From positions 1-46,725 of the IMG/VR virus record IMGVR_UViG_3300046062_000033: DNA of 46,725 nucleotides. One strand, given 5' to 3'. The notes under the pieces were generated by a model. That model had not been told where the DNA came from and made no database searches. It saw only the letters and a list, made by a program, of their open reading frames with translations. Both the position numbers and the translations under genes were made by a program. This stretch comes from a virus. Taxonomy: Duplodnaviria; Caudoviricetes. Below, piece by piece: positions 1 through 7,909 of the stretch (the first letter of the stretch is position 1; each line of letters begins with the position of its first letter).

Positions 1-98
1 CACCCACTTCCCGCCGCACGAATGCTATGTCGAAGCGTTCGCGGGGGGGGGGGCAGGGGTGCTCTACCACAAACCCCGGTCGAAGGTCGAAGTCTATA
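1..98. repeat. Terminal direct repeat, copy 1 (circularisation overlap)
   Basis: Identical to 46630-46725 except that the G tract is G11 here (43-53) and G9 there (46672-46680). Confidence 0.95.
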
Positions 99-763
99 AC
101 GACATAGCCGGCGGTGTGTGGAACTTTTTCGACGTCTTCGTTCGACGCACCGACGACCTCATCGACCGGCTTGACGACGTGTATCACGCGAAGGCTCAAT
201 ACGACGAATGGACCGACACGATCCCGGACGACGACGTCGAACGGGCCGCCCGGTTCTTCTTTTTCCGGTATGCGAACTGGGGGTCGAAGTTAGACCCCGC
301 CGGCTTCCGGCGTATGACGCACCGAAGCGTCGCCGACAACTTCCGCGACGCCGTCGACGCGCTCCCCGACAAGGCCGACCGCTTACACGGCGTCACGATC
401 GACCGGTTAGATTGGGCCGAATGCGTCGACAAATACGACGGCGACGACACGCTGTTCTATTTCGACCCGCCGTACGTCGCCGCCGGCGACGACCTGTACG
501 CCCACGACGACGACTTCGACCACGGCCGATTCGCCGACCGGCTACACGATATCGACGGCGATTGGGTCGTGTCGCTCGAACGCGTCCCCGACAGCTTCCC
601 TGAATACGACGCCGAAGCCACACGGGACACGAAAGACCGCGTGTCGAACGGACAAGAACCCGACCCGACGGAACGAACCGAACGGCTTTGTATGAGCTTC
701 GACCCCGCCGAACGCGCCCGGTTTACCGCCGCCGACCAAGCGTCGGTCGACGCGTTCAGATAA
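1..763 (+). CDS. Dam-like (D12 class) DNA adenine methyltransferase, main part; the gene starts at 46571 across the junction (~273 aa)
   Basis: YVEAFAGGGAGV SAM-binding motif I, EVYND, and catalytic FYFDPPY. In frame through G11. Ends in PIP-like DQASVDAF. Confidence 0.92.
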   Translation, partial: THFPPHECYVEAFAGGGAGVLYHKPRSKVEVYNDIAGGVWNFFDVFVRRTDDLIDRLDDVYHAKAQYDEWTDTIPDDDVERAARFFFFRYANWGSKLDPAGFRRMTHRSVADNFRDAVDALPDKADRLHGVTIDRLDWAECVDKYDGDDTLFYFDPPYVAAGDDLYAHDDDFDHGRFADRLHDIDGDWVVSLERVPDSFPEYDAEATRDTKDRVSNGQEPDPTERTERLCMSFDPAERARFTAADQASVDAFR

Positions 764-826
764 CCCACACCGACACCGATTACGGGGCGGCGAAGCGTTA
801 TCACGGTCGACCACCACGGTCCGGGT

Positions 827-1219
827 ATGTCGAGCGACGATAGTGACCGGTCGCGGGCACAAGTGATCGGGGGGTATGCCCGCACGATCGAAGACCCCGG
901 CGGGTCGAAGACGTACAGCTACGCCTACCTGACCGTGCTGTTCGCCGTGATCGTCGCCGGCCTCGCCGCCTCGATATACCTCGGGATCGTCACGCCGGAC
1001 GTCGACGTCACCGCGACGCTGTCGATCGGGTGGATTCTCGAATACACGGTCGCCGGGATCGTCGTCCTGTTCTTCTTTTGGACGGCCGCCCAGATCGCGA
1101 ACGTCGTCGGCATGAGTTTCGTCGGCGGCACGATCGGCCTCGTCGCCCGGATCGCCGACAACTACGAACTGCCGAACCAGGCCGACGCCGGCGGCGGTGG
1201 TGGCGACGACGAAGGTTGA
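827..1219 (+). CDS. Membrane protein with 2-3 TM segments (possible holin-like)
   Basis: Hydrophobic stretches YLTVLFAVIVAGLAASIYLGIV and VAGIVVLFFFWTAA. Confidence 0.7.
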   Translation: MSSDDSDRSRAQVIGGYARTIEDPGGSKTYSYAYLTVLFAVIVAGLAASIYLGIVTPDVDVTATLSIGWILEYTVAGIVVLFFFWTAAQIANVVGMSFVGGTIGLVARIADNYELPNQADAGGGGGDDEG

Positions 1220-1476
1220 TGGGTGGGCTATGGCCGCCGTCGCTCCCTGAATGGCATGCGTCGGTCGTCGGGTTCGGCGCCGGGTTCGCCTTCGGCGCGG
1301 CCGACGGCGATCGCGGCGTCTCACGGGCGTTCACGCGGGCCGTGTTCGTCGTCGACCACGACGCGGGCCACCTCGGCCACCTCGACGACGAAGCGGCGTA
1401 CGCCGCCGCGTGTTTCGTCTTAGGGTCGGTCGTCGGATCGCGGTTCGACACCGTCACGTCGAACGAACCCGGCTAA
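1219..1476 (+). CDS. Small membrane protein (85 aa, MGGLWPPSLPEWHA...)
   Basis: ATG overlaps the upstream TGA; two Gly/Ala-rich hydrophobic segments; ends 3 nt before TerL. Confidence 0.65.
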   Translation: MGGLWPPSLPEWHASVVGFGAGFAFGAADGDRGVSRAFTRAVFVVDHDAGHLGHLDDEAAYAAACFVLGSVVGSRFDTVTSNEPG

Positions 1477-1479
1477 ACC

Positions 1480-2940
1480 ATGTCGACGACGCGACTCACC
1501 GCGCCGGACGGCACACCGATATACGCCCCCGGCGCCGTCGACCTGTCGGACGACGACGTCGAACGCCTCCGGCGCGACGGCGCGGTCGTCGACGCCGGCG
1601 ACGGATCGATCGACATCACGTGGGCGTTCTGGAAACCACAACGGACCGCGCGGGCCGCCGTGTACTCGGGCGACCACGACCTCGTCGGGTTCGTCGCGGG
1701 CTTCCGGTCGGGCAAATCCGTGACCGGCGCGCGGGTCAGTATCGAAGTCGCGCTGCGGAACGACTTCGCGCCGGCCCGCGTCCTGGCGATGGGCAAGACG
1801 TACGCCGAAGCGAAGAAAACCACGTACCCGGTCCTGTTCGAAGAACTCCCCGGGAATAACTTGGACCCGTTTCTGGGCGATGGCGACCCGACGAATAGCC
1901 CGATCGTCAGGAGTTGGACGAAACAGGACGGCGTCATTACGCTGATTAACGGGTCGGTGATCATCCTGGCGTCGGCCGACAAGCCGAACCGGTACGACGG
2001 CGGGAAGTTTTCGTTCGCGTGGCTCGACGAAGCCGCCTATTACGACCACCTGAACGGGATACGGAAGACCGTCGGAGAACGCCTCGATTACAAACCCGTC
2101 GGGCCCCGCTGTATCCTCGTCACGACGACGGGCAACGGCTTCAATGATGCCTTTGACCTCCTCGAACGGAACGTCGATCCGGCCGACGACTCGCCGCTCG
2201 GCATCCGGACGACGCTCATTACGGCCTCGACGTCGAACAACCCGTTTTTGACGCCGGACGACCGCGACCGCCTGTCGCGGGTCCACGGCGGCACCGGGCG
2301 GGAAGGCCAGGCGTTGCACGGGTCGTTCGAAGCGACCGAAGGCCGGGTGTATTCGGCGTTCCGCCGGCATTCACACGTCGTCGACGTCGACCCGGACGGG
2401 TCGATCCCGGCGTACGACACCGCGATCGACGGCGACTGGCGGATATACGGATTCGACGCGGGGTGGGATAACCCCCGCGTGCTGCTCGAAGTCGCGAAGA
2501 CGCACGCCGGCCAGTACGTCGTCGTCGACGAATTCTACCGGTCCGAATCACACGTCGAAGATTTGGTCGGCGGCCCGAACCACGACACGTATTGGCTCGA
2601 AGGGAAGCCGAAGGGCCGGATTCACGCCGAGCACGAACCCGGCGATATTCAAAAGATGCGGCGTCGGGGGTGGAAGGCAGGGAAGGCGGAAAAGTCGGTC
2701 GACGCGGGGATCGACGAAGTCAGATATCGGCTTCGCGAAGATCACCACGGTCGCCCCGGGCTATTGGTCGCGTCGCGGTGTGAATCGACGATTAAGGAAC
2801 TATTGGGCTATACGGAAGACGACGTCGGCGGGTCGGACGTCGACGACCACGCCGTCGACGCCCTTAGATACTGCATCTATACTGAATCGGTACGGTCGTC
2901 GTCGGGTTCCGGCGGGTCGTCGACGGTCGACACGGCGTGA
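1480..2940 (+). CDS. terL: Terminase large subunit
   Basis: Walker A AGFRSGKS, Walker B AWLDEAAY, motif III TTTGNG, nuclease motifs GFDAGWDNP and DDHAVDALRY. Confidence 0.95.
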   Translation: MSTTRLTAPDGTPIYAPGAVDLSDDDVERLRRDGAVVDAGDGSIDITWAFWKPQRTARAAVYSGDHDLVGFVAGFRSGKSVTGARVSIEVALRNDFAPARVLAMGKTYAEAKKTTYPVLFEELPGNNLDPFLGDGDPTNSPIVRSWTKQDGVITLINGSVIILASADKPNRYDGGKFSFAWLDEAAYYDHLNGIRKTVGERLDYKPVGPRCILVTTTGNGFNDAFDLLERNVDPADDSPLGIRTTLITASTSNNPFLTPDDRDRLSRVHGGTGREGQALHGSFEATEGRVYSAFRRHSHVVDVDPDGSIPAYDTAIDGDWRIYGFDAGWDNPRVLLEVAKTHAGQYVVVDEFYRSESHVEDLVGGPNHDTYWLEGKPKGRIHAEHEPGDIQKMRRRGWKAGKAEKSVDAGIDEVRYRLREDHHGRPGLLVASRCESTIKELLGYTEDDVGGSDVDDHAVDALRYCIYTESVRSSSGSGGSSTVDTA

Positions 2941-3000
2941 ATACTTGTTCAATCACCGATATGCTTTTGCCGGTGTTGGTATAGTGAAAGAACGACACGT

Positions 3001-3782
3001 GTGACGCCGAAAGAATACCGGGAGCAAGCCGCGCATTCGGCTTGTGTTGATATATATAGCGTGGGGGGGGCGGCCCTTCGCCCCGGTATTATTGGCCGTT
3101 CAAGTTGGAACACGTCGGAACGGCACGGATGGGGACGCGAGAAACGTGCGACGTCTACATGATGGATAGCGGGATACGGAACGACGATATTACGAACGAA
3201 GACGTGTTAGACGCTGCCGAAACGTACGGCGCGGATTACGTTATTCCGAAAGATTATTTGAATGACCAATATAAAACGACGCAAAGCGTACACGAATTTC
3301 TTGACATATATCGATCGCATTCGTGCGACGCGGAGTATCTGATACCATTACAACCGCCGCACGACAGGCACTTCGAAGATTTCAAACAGTACGATACGTT
3401 CGCCTTGGGCGGTATCGCGAAGAAGCCGCCGTCGGCGCAACTCGATTATATACGGAAGTTCCGCGACGTGGCGGGCGACGACGTCTATGTTCACATCCTG
3501 GGGTTGGGGGCAAGCCGGGAATTGATCGACGCCTTTCGAACCGATCCGGGGTTTGTTGACAGTATCGATACGTCGACGCCCGTGAACGCCCCGAAGCATG
3601 GGGAAATACCCGACGCGACGTTCATACAGAACCGACAGAAGTTCCAAATCCCGGCGGGTGATGGGTCGTCGACGGGACACGCGATAGCGTGCGAATTCAT
3701 CTTATGGGAAATGGCACAGATGCTAAACCCGGATTGGTCGTCGGCCGAAGATAAAAACCAATCGGGGTTAACCGACTTCTAA
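3001..3782 (+). CDS. TGT-fold (DpdA-like) guanine transglycosylase, frameshifted at a G8 tract (3063-3070)
   Basis: Motifs MDSG, PKD, IPLQ, ALGG, VHILGLG and DSIDTSTP. The N-terminus (GTG 3001, MTPKEYRE...DIYSV) is in another frame, and the catalytic frame is closed by TAG at 3057-3059. G6 or G9 would fuse the two. Ends in PIP-like NQSGLTDF. Lower GC than the flanks. Confidence 0.8.
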
Positions 3783-4255
3783 TGCCGACGCACGTGATCG
3801 TCGGGTGCGGCAAATCCAAACGGGACGGCCCGACCGAAGCCCGCGACCTATACACCGCGAACTACCGAAAACCGATTAAGAAATACGCCCGTGTCGTCGG
3901 CGACTTCGACTATATCTTTAGCGCCAAGCACGGTATCATTCCCGGCGACCTTGTTATCGAACCGTATGACGTTCGTGCGTCGGACGTCCCCGACGACGTC
4001 TTGCGCGACCGGGTCGACGACACCATCGACGACGGCGGTCCCGGTAATAGGTGGTCGCGTGTCGATCGCGTGGTCGTGTGTGCCGGGATGGATTACGTCG
4101 AACCGACCCGCGACATTTTCGAAGACCGCATCGACGCCGACGCCGACTTCCCGTTTCAGGACGTCGAGGGGATGGTCGGGAACGGGGCACAAGCGGCGTG
4201 GTGTAAGCAACGGGTCGCCGACGTGACGAACGCGGGTGTCGACGAGTATTTGTAG
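3782..4255 (+). CDS. DUF6884/YaaA-like protein
   Basis: IVGCGKSK...ARDLYT...IFSAKHG...IEPYD signature; translationally coupled to the TGT-like gene. Confidence 0.75.
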   Translation: MPTHVIVGCGKSKRDGPTEARDLYTANYRKPIKKYARVVGDFDYIFSAKHGIIPGDLVIEPYDVRASDVPDDVLRDRVDDTIDDGGPGNRWSRVDRVVVCAGMDYVEPTRDIFEDRIDADADFPFQDVEGMVGNGAQAAWCKQRVADVTNAGVDEYL

Positions 4256-4276
4256 TGAACGGCAGGTAGTGTAACA

Positions 4277-4293
4277 CCGACACACTTATTTTT
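4277..4293 (+). promoter_or_regulatory. Viral promoter motif CCGACACACTTAT
   Basis: Same BRE/TATA-like motif as at ~30792, 35718, 41937 and 46533. Confidence 0.6.
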
Positions 4294-4401
4294 CCGGCGG
4301 GCGTAGGTTTCCCCGTCGACGGCACGACGCCGCGACCGGCACGCCGGGCGCCCCCGTGCGTGTCGACTCGAAGCACGCCCCGACCGACCGAACGCGAACC
4401 C

Positions 4402-5190
4402 ATGACCCGACCCACCAATTCGAACGACACGGACGAATCGCTCACACACGTCGACGCCGACGCCCTCACCGACCACGAACTACGGGCCGTACTCCCCGAC
4501 TGCGACGTCGTGGTCGTCGGGTACGACTCGGTGTATTCCCCTGCCGACGTGACGACGACACGCGTCACCGACCCGGAATACGACGCGAACACGGTCCGGC
4601 ACTCCCCAGTCCCGATCACCGGCGTCGACGCCGACGACCCCGAACGCGGGATCGGCTTCGGCACCGACGACGTCCACACGGTGACGACGGGTGCGCGGAT
4701 CGGCACCGTCCGGTTCGTTCGCTACCCGGCCCCGCCACTCGACAAGACCCGGTATACCGTCACGTTCCGCGCGCTCGCCGGGAACTGGACGACGGCGCGG
4801 GACCTCGACGACCTCGACCCGGTGTCGCTCGCCGAATCGACCGCCGACAAGCACGCGTTCGACGACGCGGAACGCCCGCCCGCCGACGACTGCCGCGTCG
4901 TCGATATCGACGTCGGCAAACCGCGCCCGCGTCGTCGGGCGACCGTCGACGTGCCGGTGACGATCGTCGACGTCGACACGGCCGACCGCGACGCCGTCGT
5001 CGAACGCGCCCGCGAACGGCTCGGCTCGACCGGCGGCGACCGACCGGACGTGGCGGTGTACCGCGACGACCTGCCGCCCGTCGGCGACCACCTGATTACC
5101 CGGAACGGGGTCGCCCGCCGCGACACGAACCTGCGGGCGGCGCCCCGGTACCTCATCGAGGACGTCGACGTCGACGCCGAACCGGTCTAA
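4402..5190 (+). CDS. Hypothetical protein
   Basis: Acidic ORF with genome-typical codon use; alternative GTG start at 4360. Confidence 0.65.
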   Translation: MTRPTNSNDTDESLTHVDADALTDHELRAVLPDCDVVVVGYDSVYSPADVTTTRVTDPEYDANTVRHSPVPITGVDADDPERGIGFGTDDVHTVTTGARIGTVRFVRYPAPPLDKTRYTVTFRALAGNWTTARDLDDLDPVSLAESTADKHAFDDAERPPADDCRVVDIDVGKPRPRRRATVDVPVTIVDVDTADRDAVVERARERLGSTGGDRPDVAVYRDDLPPVGDHLITRNGVARRDTNLRAAPRYLIEDVDVDAEPV

Positions 5191-5194
5191 CCAC

Positions 5195-5225
5195 GCCGAC
5201 CCCCGACGGGGTCGGCTTTTTGTTT
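5195..5225 (+). terminator. Hairpin plus T-tract terminator
   Basis: GCCGACCCC-CGAC-GGGGTCGGC followed by TTTTTGTTT, immediately after a stop codon. Confidence 0.75.
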
Positions 5226-5272
5226 GCCCCGAACGGGGCACGACCGACAGTTTCATACCCCGCTATTGAGAC

Positions 5273-5956
5273 ATGGATAGCGTCGCGACGCGGTCGCGAC
5301 CGACCGACCCCATGACAGATACCGACCCTGGCGGTGCCGTCGACCACGACTTCGACGACGCCGCGACCGACGCCGAAGCATCGCTTCACAAGCATATCGC
5401 GGCGTACCCGGCGACGATCCGGGCGGGCGACGTCGTGATCGACCTCGTCGAGGGGCGGCCGCTGTACGTGCACGAACGGAAGGGCACCGCCGTCGACGTC
5501 TTCGAATCCGAAGCGTTCGACCTAACGACCTACAAGGCCCATCCGTGGCTGCCGATCACGCCGACCGACGACGTCTTCGAATGCATATTCCTCCCGACGA
5601 AGCCGTCGGACCTCCCGACCGACAAGCAGTCACAAACGTATTCGTATCCCCGGGGGCGGCTCGCCCGCGTCGCCGTCGAATACCTGTACGATAGCGACAC
5701 GCACCGCCACGACGAACACACGATCGAAACCCTCGCGGTACTGTGCGAATACGCCCCCGACGACGACGCGCGGCAAACGGTCGTCAACGTCGCCGTCGAC
5801 GCCGTCGGCATGGAATTAGTCGGCCTCGCGCTCGAAATGGGCGGGCACAACCCGTCGACGTACGGCGTCGCCCCTGACGCACACCGGGTGGTGGACGACA
5901 ACGGTGACGGGGACGACGGTGACGACGGTCCGGGTAGCTTCGAGTCGAATTTATAA
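5273..5956 (+). CDS. Hypothetical protein
   Basis: Acidic ORF; the YSYPRGRL motif resembles small SH3-like haloarchaeal proteins. Alternative ATG at 5312. Confidence 0.7.
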   Translation: MDSVATRSRPTDPMTDTDPGGAVDHDFDDAATDAEASLHKHIAAYPATIRAGDVVIDLVEGRPLYVHERKGTAVDVFESEAFDLTTYKAHPWLPITPTDDVFECIFLPTKPSDLPTDKQSQTYSYPRGRLARVAVEYLYDSDTHRHDEHTIETLAVLCEYAPDDDARQTVVNVAVDAVGMELVGLALEMGGHNPSTYGVAPDAHRVVDDNGDGDDGDDGPGSFESNL

Positions 5957-5959
5957 CCA

Positions 5960-6040
5960 ATGTCGGACATGTTTCTCCTCCTCTACGGCGGTGCATCGTG
6001 GGCGATCGGCGTGGCTGCTGGATACGTGTTCGTCTGTTAA
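5960..6040 (+). CDS. Putative 26-aa single-TM micropeptide (MSDMFLLLYGGASWAIGVAAGYVFVC)
   Basis: Starts 3 nt after the upstream stop and is almost entirely hydrophobic; below the ORF-track cutoff. Confidence 0.5.
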   Translation: MSDMFLLLYGGASWAIGVAAGYVFVC

Positions 6041-6130
6041 CTCGGCCCGTTCCGATCCGGATTTACGACGTTCGTAACAACAGCGGCACGTTTTTCCGAC
6101 GGCCGGGTGAACGGCGGGACGGTGCGAGCC

Positions 6131-6478
6131 ATGGAGCACACACCTGACGGCCGACTCTCGACTGGCGTATATCACGACGACCGCGAAGTCGCGATCCGGG
6201 CACGGTCCCAACATAGCCGCGACGCCCACATCCCGACGACCGACGCCGACGGCACCGTCACGTTCAGCGGCGGCGAACCCGTCCCCGAATGCGGCGTCGA
6301 CCCACACACCGACACCGAATGGGTGCTCCGGGCCGTCGACACCGTGTCGAACCGGGGCACCTGCCGGCGGTGTTTCGACGCCGACGACGTCGCCGCCCAG
6401 AACGCGACGAACGGCGGGTCGCCGTCGTTTGCCCGCCGCCGACGGTACGGCGAATCGTGGGGGACGGGCGAATCGTAA
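6131..6478 (+). CDS. Small Cys/His-containing (putative Zn-binding) protein
   Basis: AHIP...ECG...CRRC; T-rich promoter-like element at ~6090. Confidence 0.65.
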   Translation: MEHTPDGRLSTGVYHDDREVAIRARSQHSRDAHIPTTDADGTVTFSGGEPVPECGVDPHTDTEWVLRAVDTVSNRGTCRRCFDADDVAAQNATNGGSPSFARRRRYGESWGTGES

Positions 6479-6532
6479 CGTCGAACGGACGGTCGCCGGT
6501 AGTTTTTCGGCCGTCGAGGTGAATACGGTCGT

Positions 6533-6838
6533 ATGCCGGCCGACGTCGCCGTCGACGACCCCGACGGCATCGACTCGACGTGCCACGCGACCCCGCACGG
6601 CGCCGAGGGGCCCGCCGACGTCACCTGTGACGGCGACGCCGTGTCCTACGTGTTCAGGCCGGCCGGGCACCGCGTGTATCTGTGCCGCGACCACGCCGAC
6701 GACGTGACGCGGTTCGGCGACGACGCCTTTGCCGACGGCCACCCGACGGCCGTCACGTGCACCCGTTGTCTCCGGTATACGCCCCGGCACCGCGTCGACG
6801 CCGACCGAATCTGTACCGACTGTCAAACCACCGGATAA
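6533..6838 (+). CDS. Zn-finger protein
   Basis: CH...C...CRDH and CTRC...CTDC. Confidence 0.65.
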   Translation: MPADVAVDDPDGIDSTCHATPHGAEGPADVTCDGDAVSYVFRPAGHRVYLCRDHADDVTRFGDDAFADGHPTAVTCTRCLRYTPRHRVDADRICTDCQTTG

Positions 6839-6841
6839 CGC

Positions 6842-7879
6842 ATGGATTTGAATACCGTACCGTTAGAAGATGCCGACCATACCCGGGTCGACCGGCTCGT
6901 CGACGGAAACGTGTTCTCCCGGAGTGAAGCCGAAGCCGTCGTCCGGTTCGCGAAACTCGACCGCGACGACCGCGACCCCGACATGGTGCGGGCGTACGTC
7001 CGGCCCAACCGCGACGACTCGGCTGTCGAAGACGGCCTGACCGCCGACGACTGTGCGGCGATTCGCCGCGACATGGATTCGGCGCACCGGCCGACGACGG
7101 TGATCGACGCCTGGGCGACGCACCCGTCGGTGATCTTCCGGCACGCGACCGGGCGGTGCGGCCACGACGCCGCCGTCGCCCCGACGACGTCGCCGCGCAT
7201 CCGGTCGGACGAATGCCGCGAAATGCGGGTCGACGTACAAACGGGCGGCACCGTCGAAGACGTCCGCGCGACGTACAACCGGTCGGCGAACGCGGTCGTC
7301 AACCACGTGTTCGGGCGGTGCGACCACGACTTCGACCACGACCGTCGCGGCCGGGGGCTGTCGACGTCGGTGTGTGTCCGGATGCGGCGGGCCTACCGGG
7401 AGCACACGGCGGCGTCGATCGCGGATATCTCGCGGGCCTTCATCGTCGGGGTTTCAACCGCGCATCGACACCTCACCGGGGCGTGTGGGAACCGTGACGA
7501 CGTCGAAGCGCCGATCGACTCGAACGGGCCGACCCCGATCACGGACGCCGAATGCAACGGGATGCGGGCCGCCTACGGCGACGACGACGCGCCGGCGGCG
7601 ATCGCCGCCGACCACGACCGCGACCAAACCGCCGTCCGCCGCCACGTCTTCGGGCGGTGCCGGCACGGCACCTCAACGTACGCACCGTCGCGGGACGCCG
7701 TCGGCCCGGACCGGTGTGCACGGATTCGATCGACGTATCGAACGCGGGGCGACGACTCGGTCGCGTCGTGTATCGACCGTGTAGGCGTGACGAAGGGCAC
7801 GTTTTACTTTCATCTAAAAGGGGAGTGTTCGCACGACCACGGCGTCGACGCGGTCGTCGTCGCCGCAGACAAACCTTAA
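6842..7879 (+). CDS. Protein with five tandem Cys/His-clamped HTH-like repeats
   Basis: Five units of Cxx(M/I)R-x(~25)-HxxGxCx(H/N). Confidence 0.8.
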   Translation: MDLNTVPLEDADHTRVDRLVDGNVFSRSEAEAVVRFAKLDRDDRDPDMVRAYVRPNRDDSAVEDGLTADDCAAIRRDMDSAHRPTTVIDAWATHPSVIFRHATGRCGHDAAVAPTTSPRIRSDECREMRVDVQTGGTVEDVRATYNRSANAVVNHVFGRCDHDFDHDRRGRGLSTSVCVRMRRAYREHTAASIADISRAFIVGVSTAHRHLTGACGNRDDVEAPIDSNGPTPITDAECNGMRAAYGDDDAPAAIAADHDRDQTAVRRHVFGRCRHGTSTYAPSRDAVGPDRCARIRSTYRTRGDDSVASCIDRVGVTKGTFYFHLKGECSHDHGVDAVVVAADKP

Positions 7880-7909
7880 AGCGGTGTCGCGGAATGGCAT
7901 ACGCAAGGA

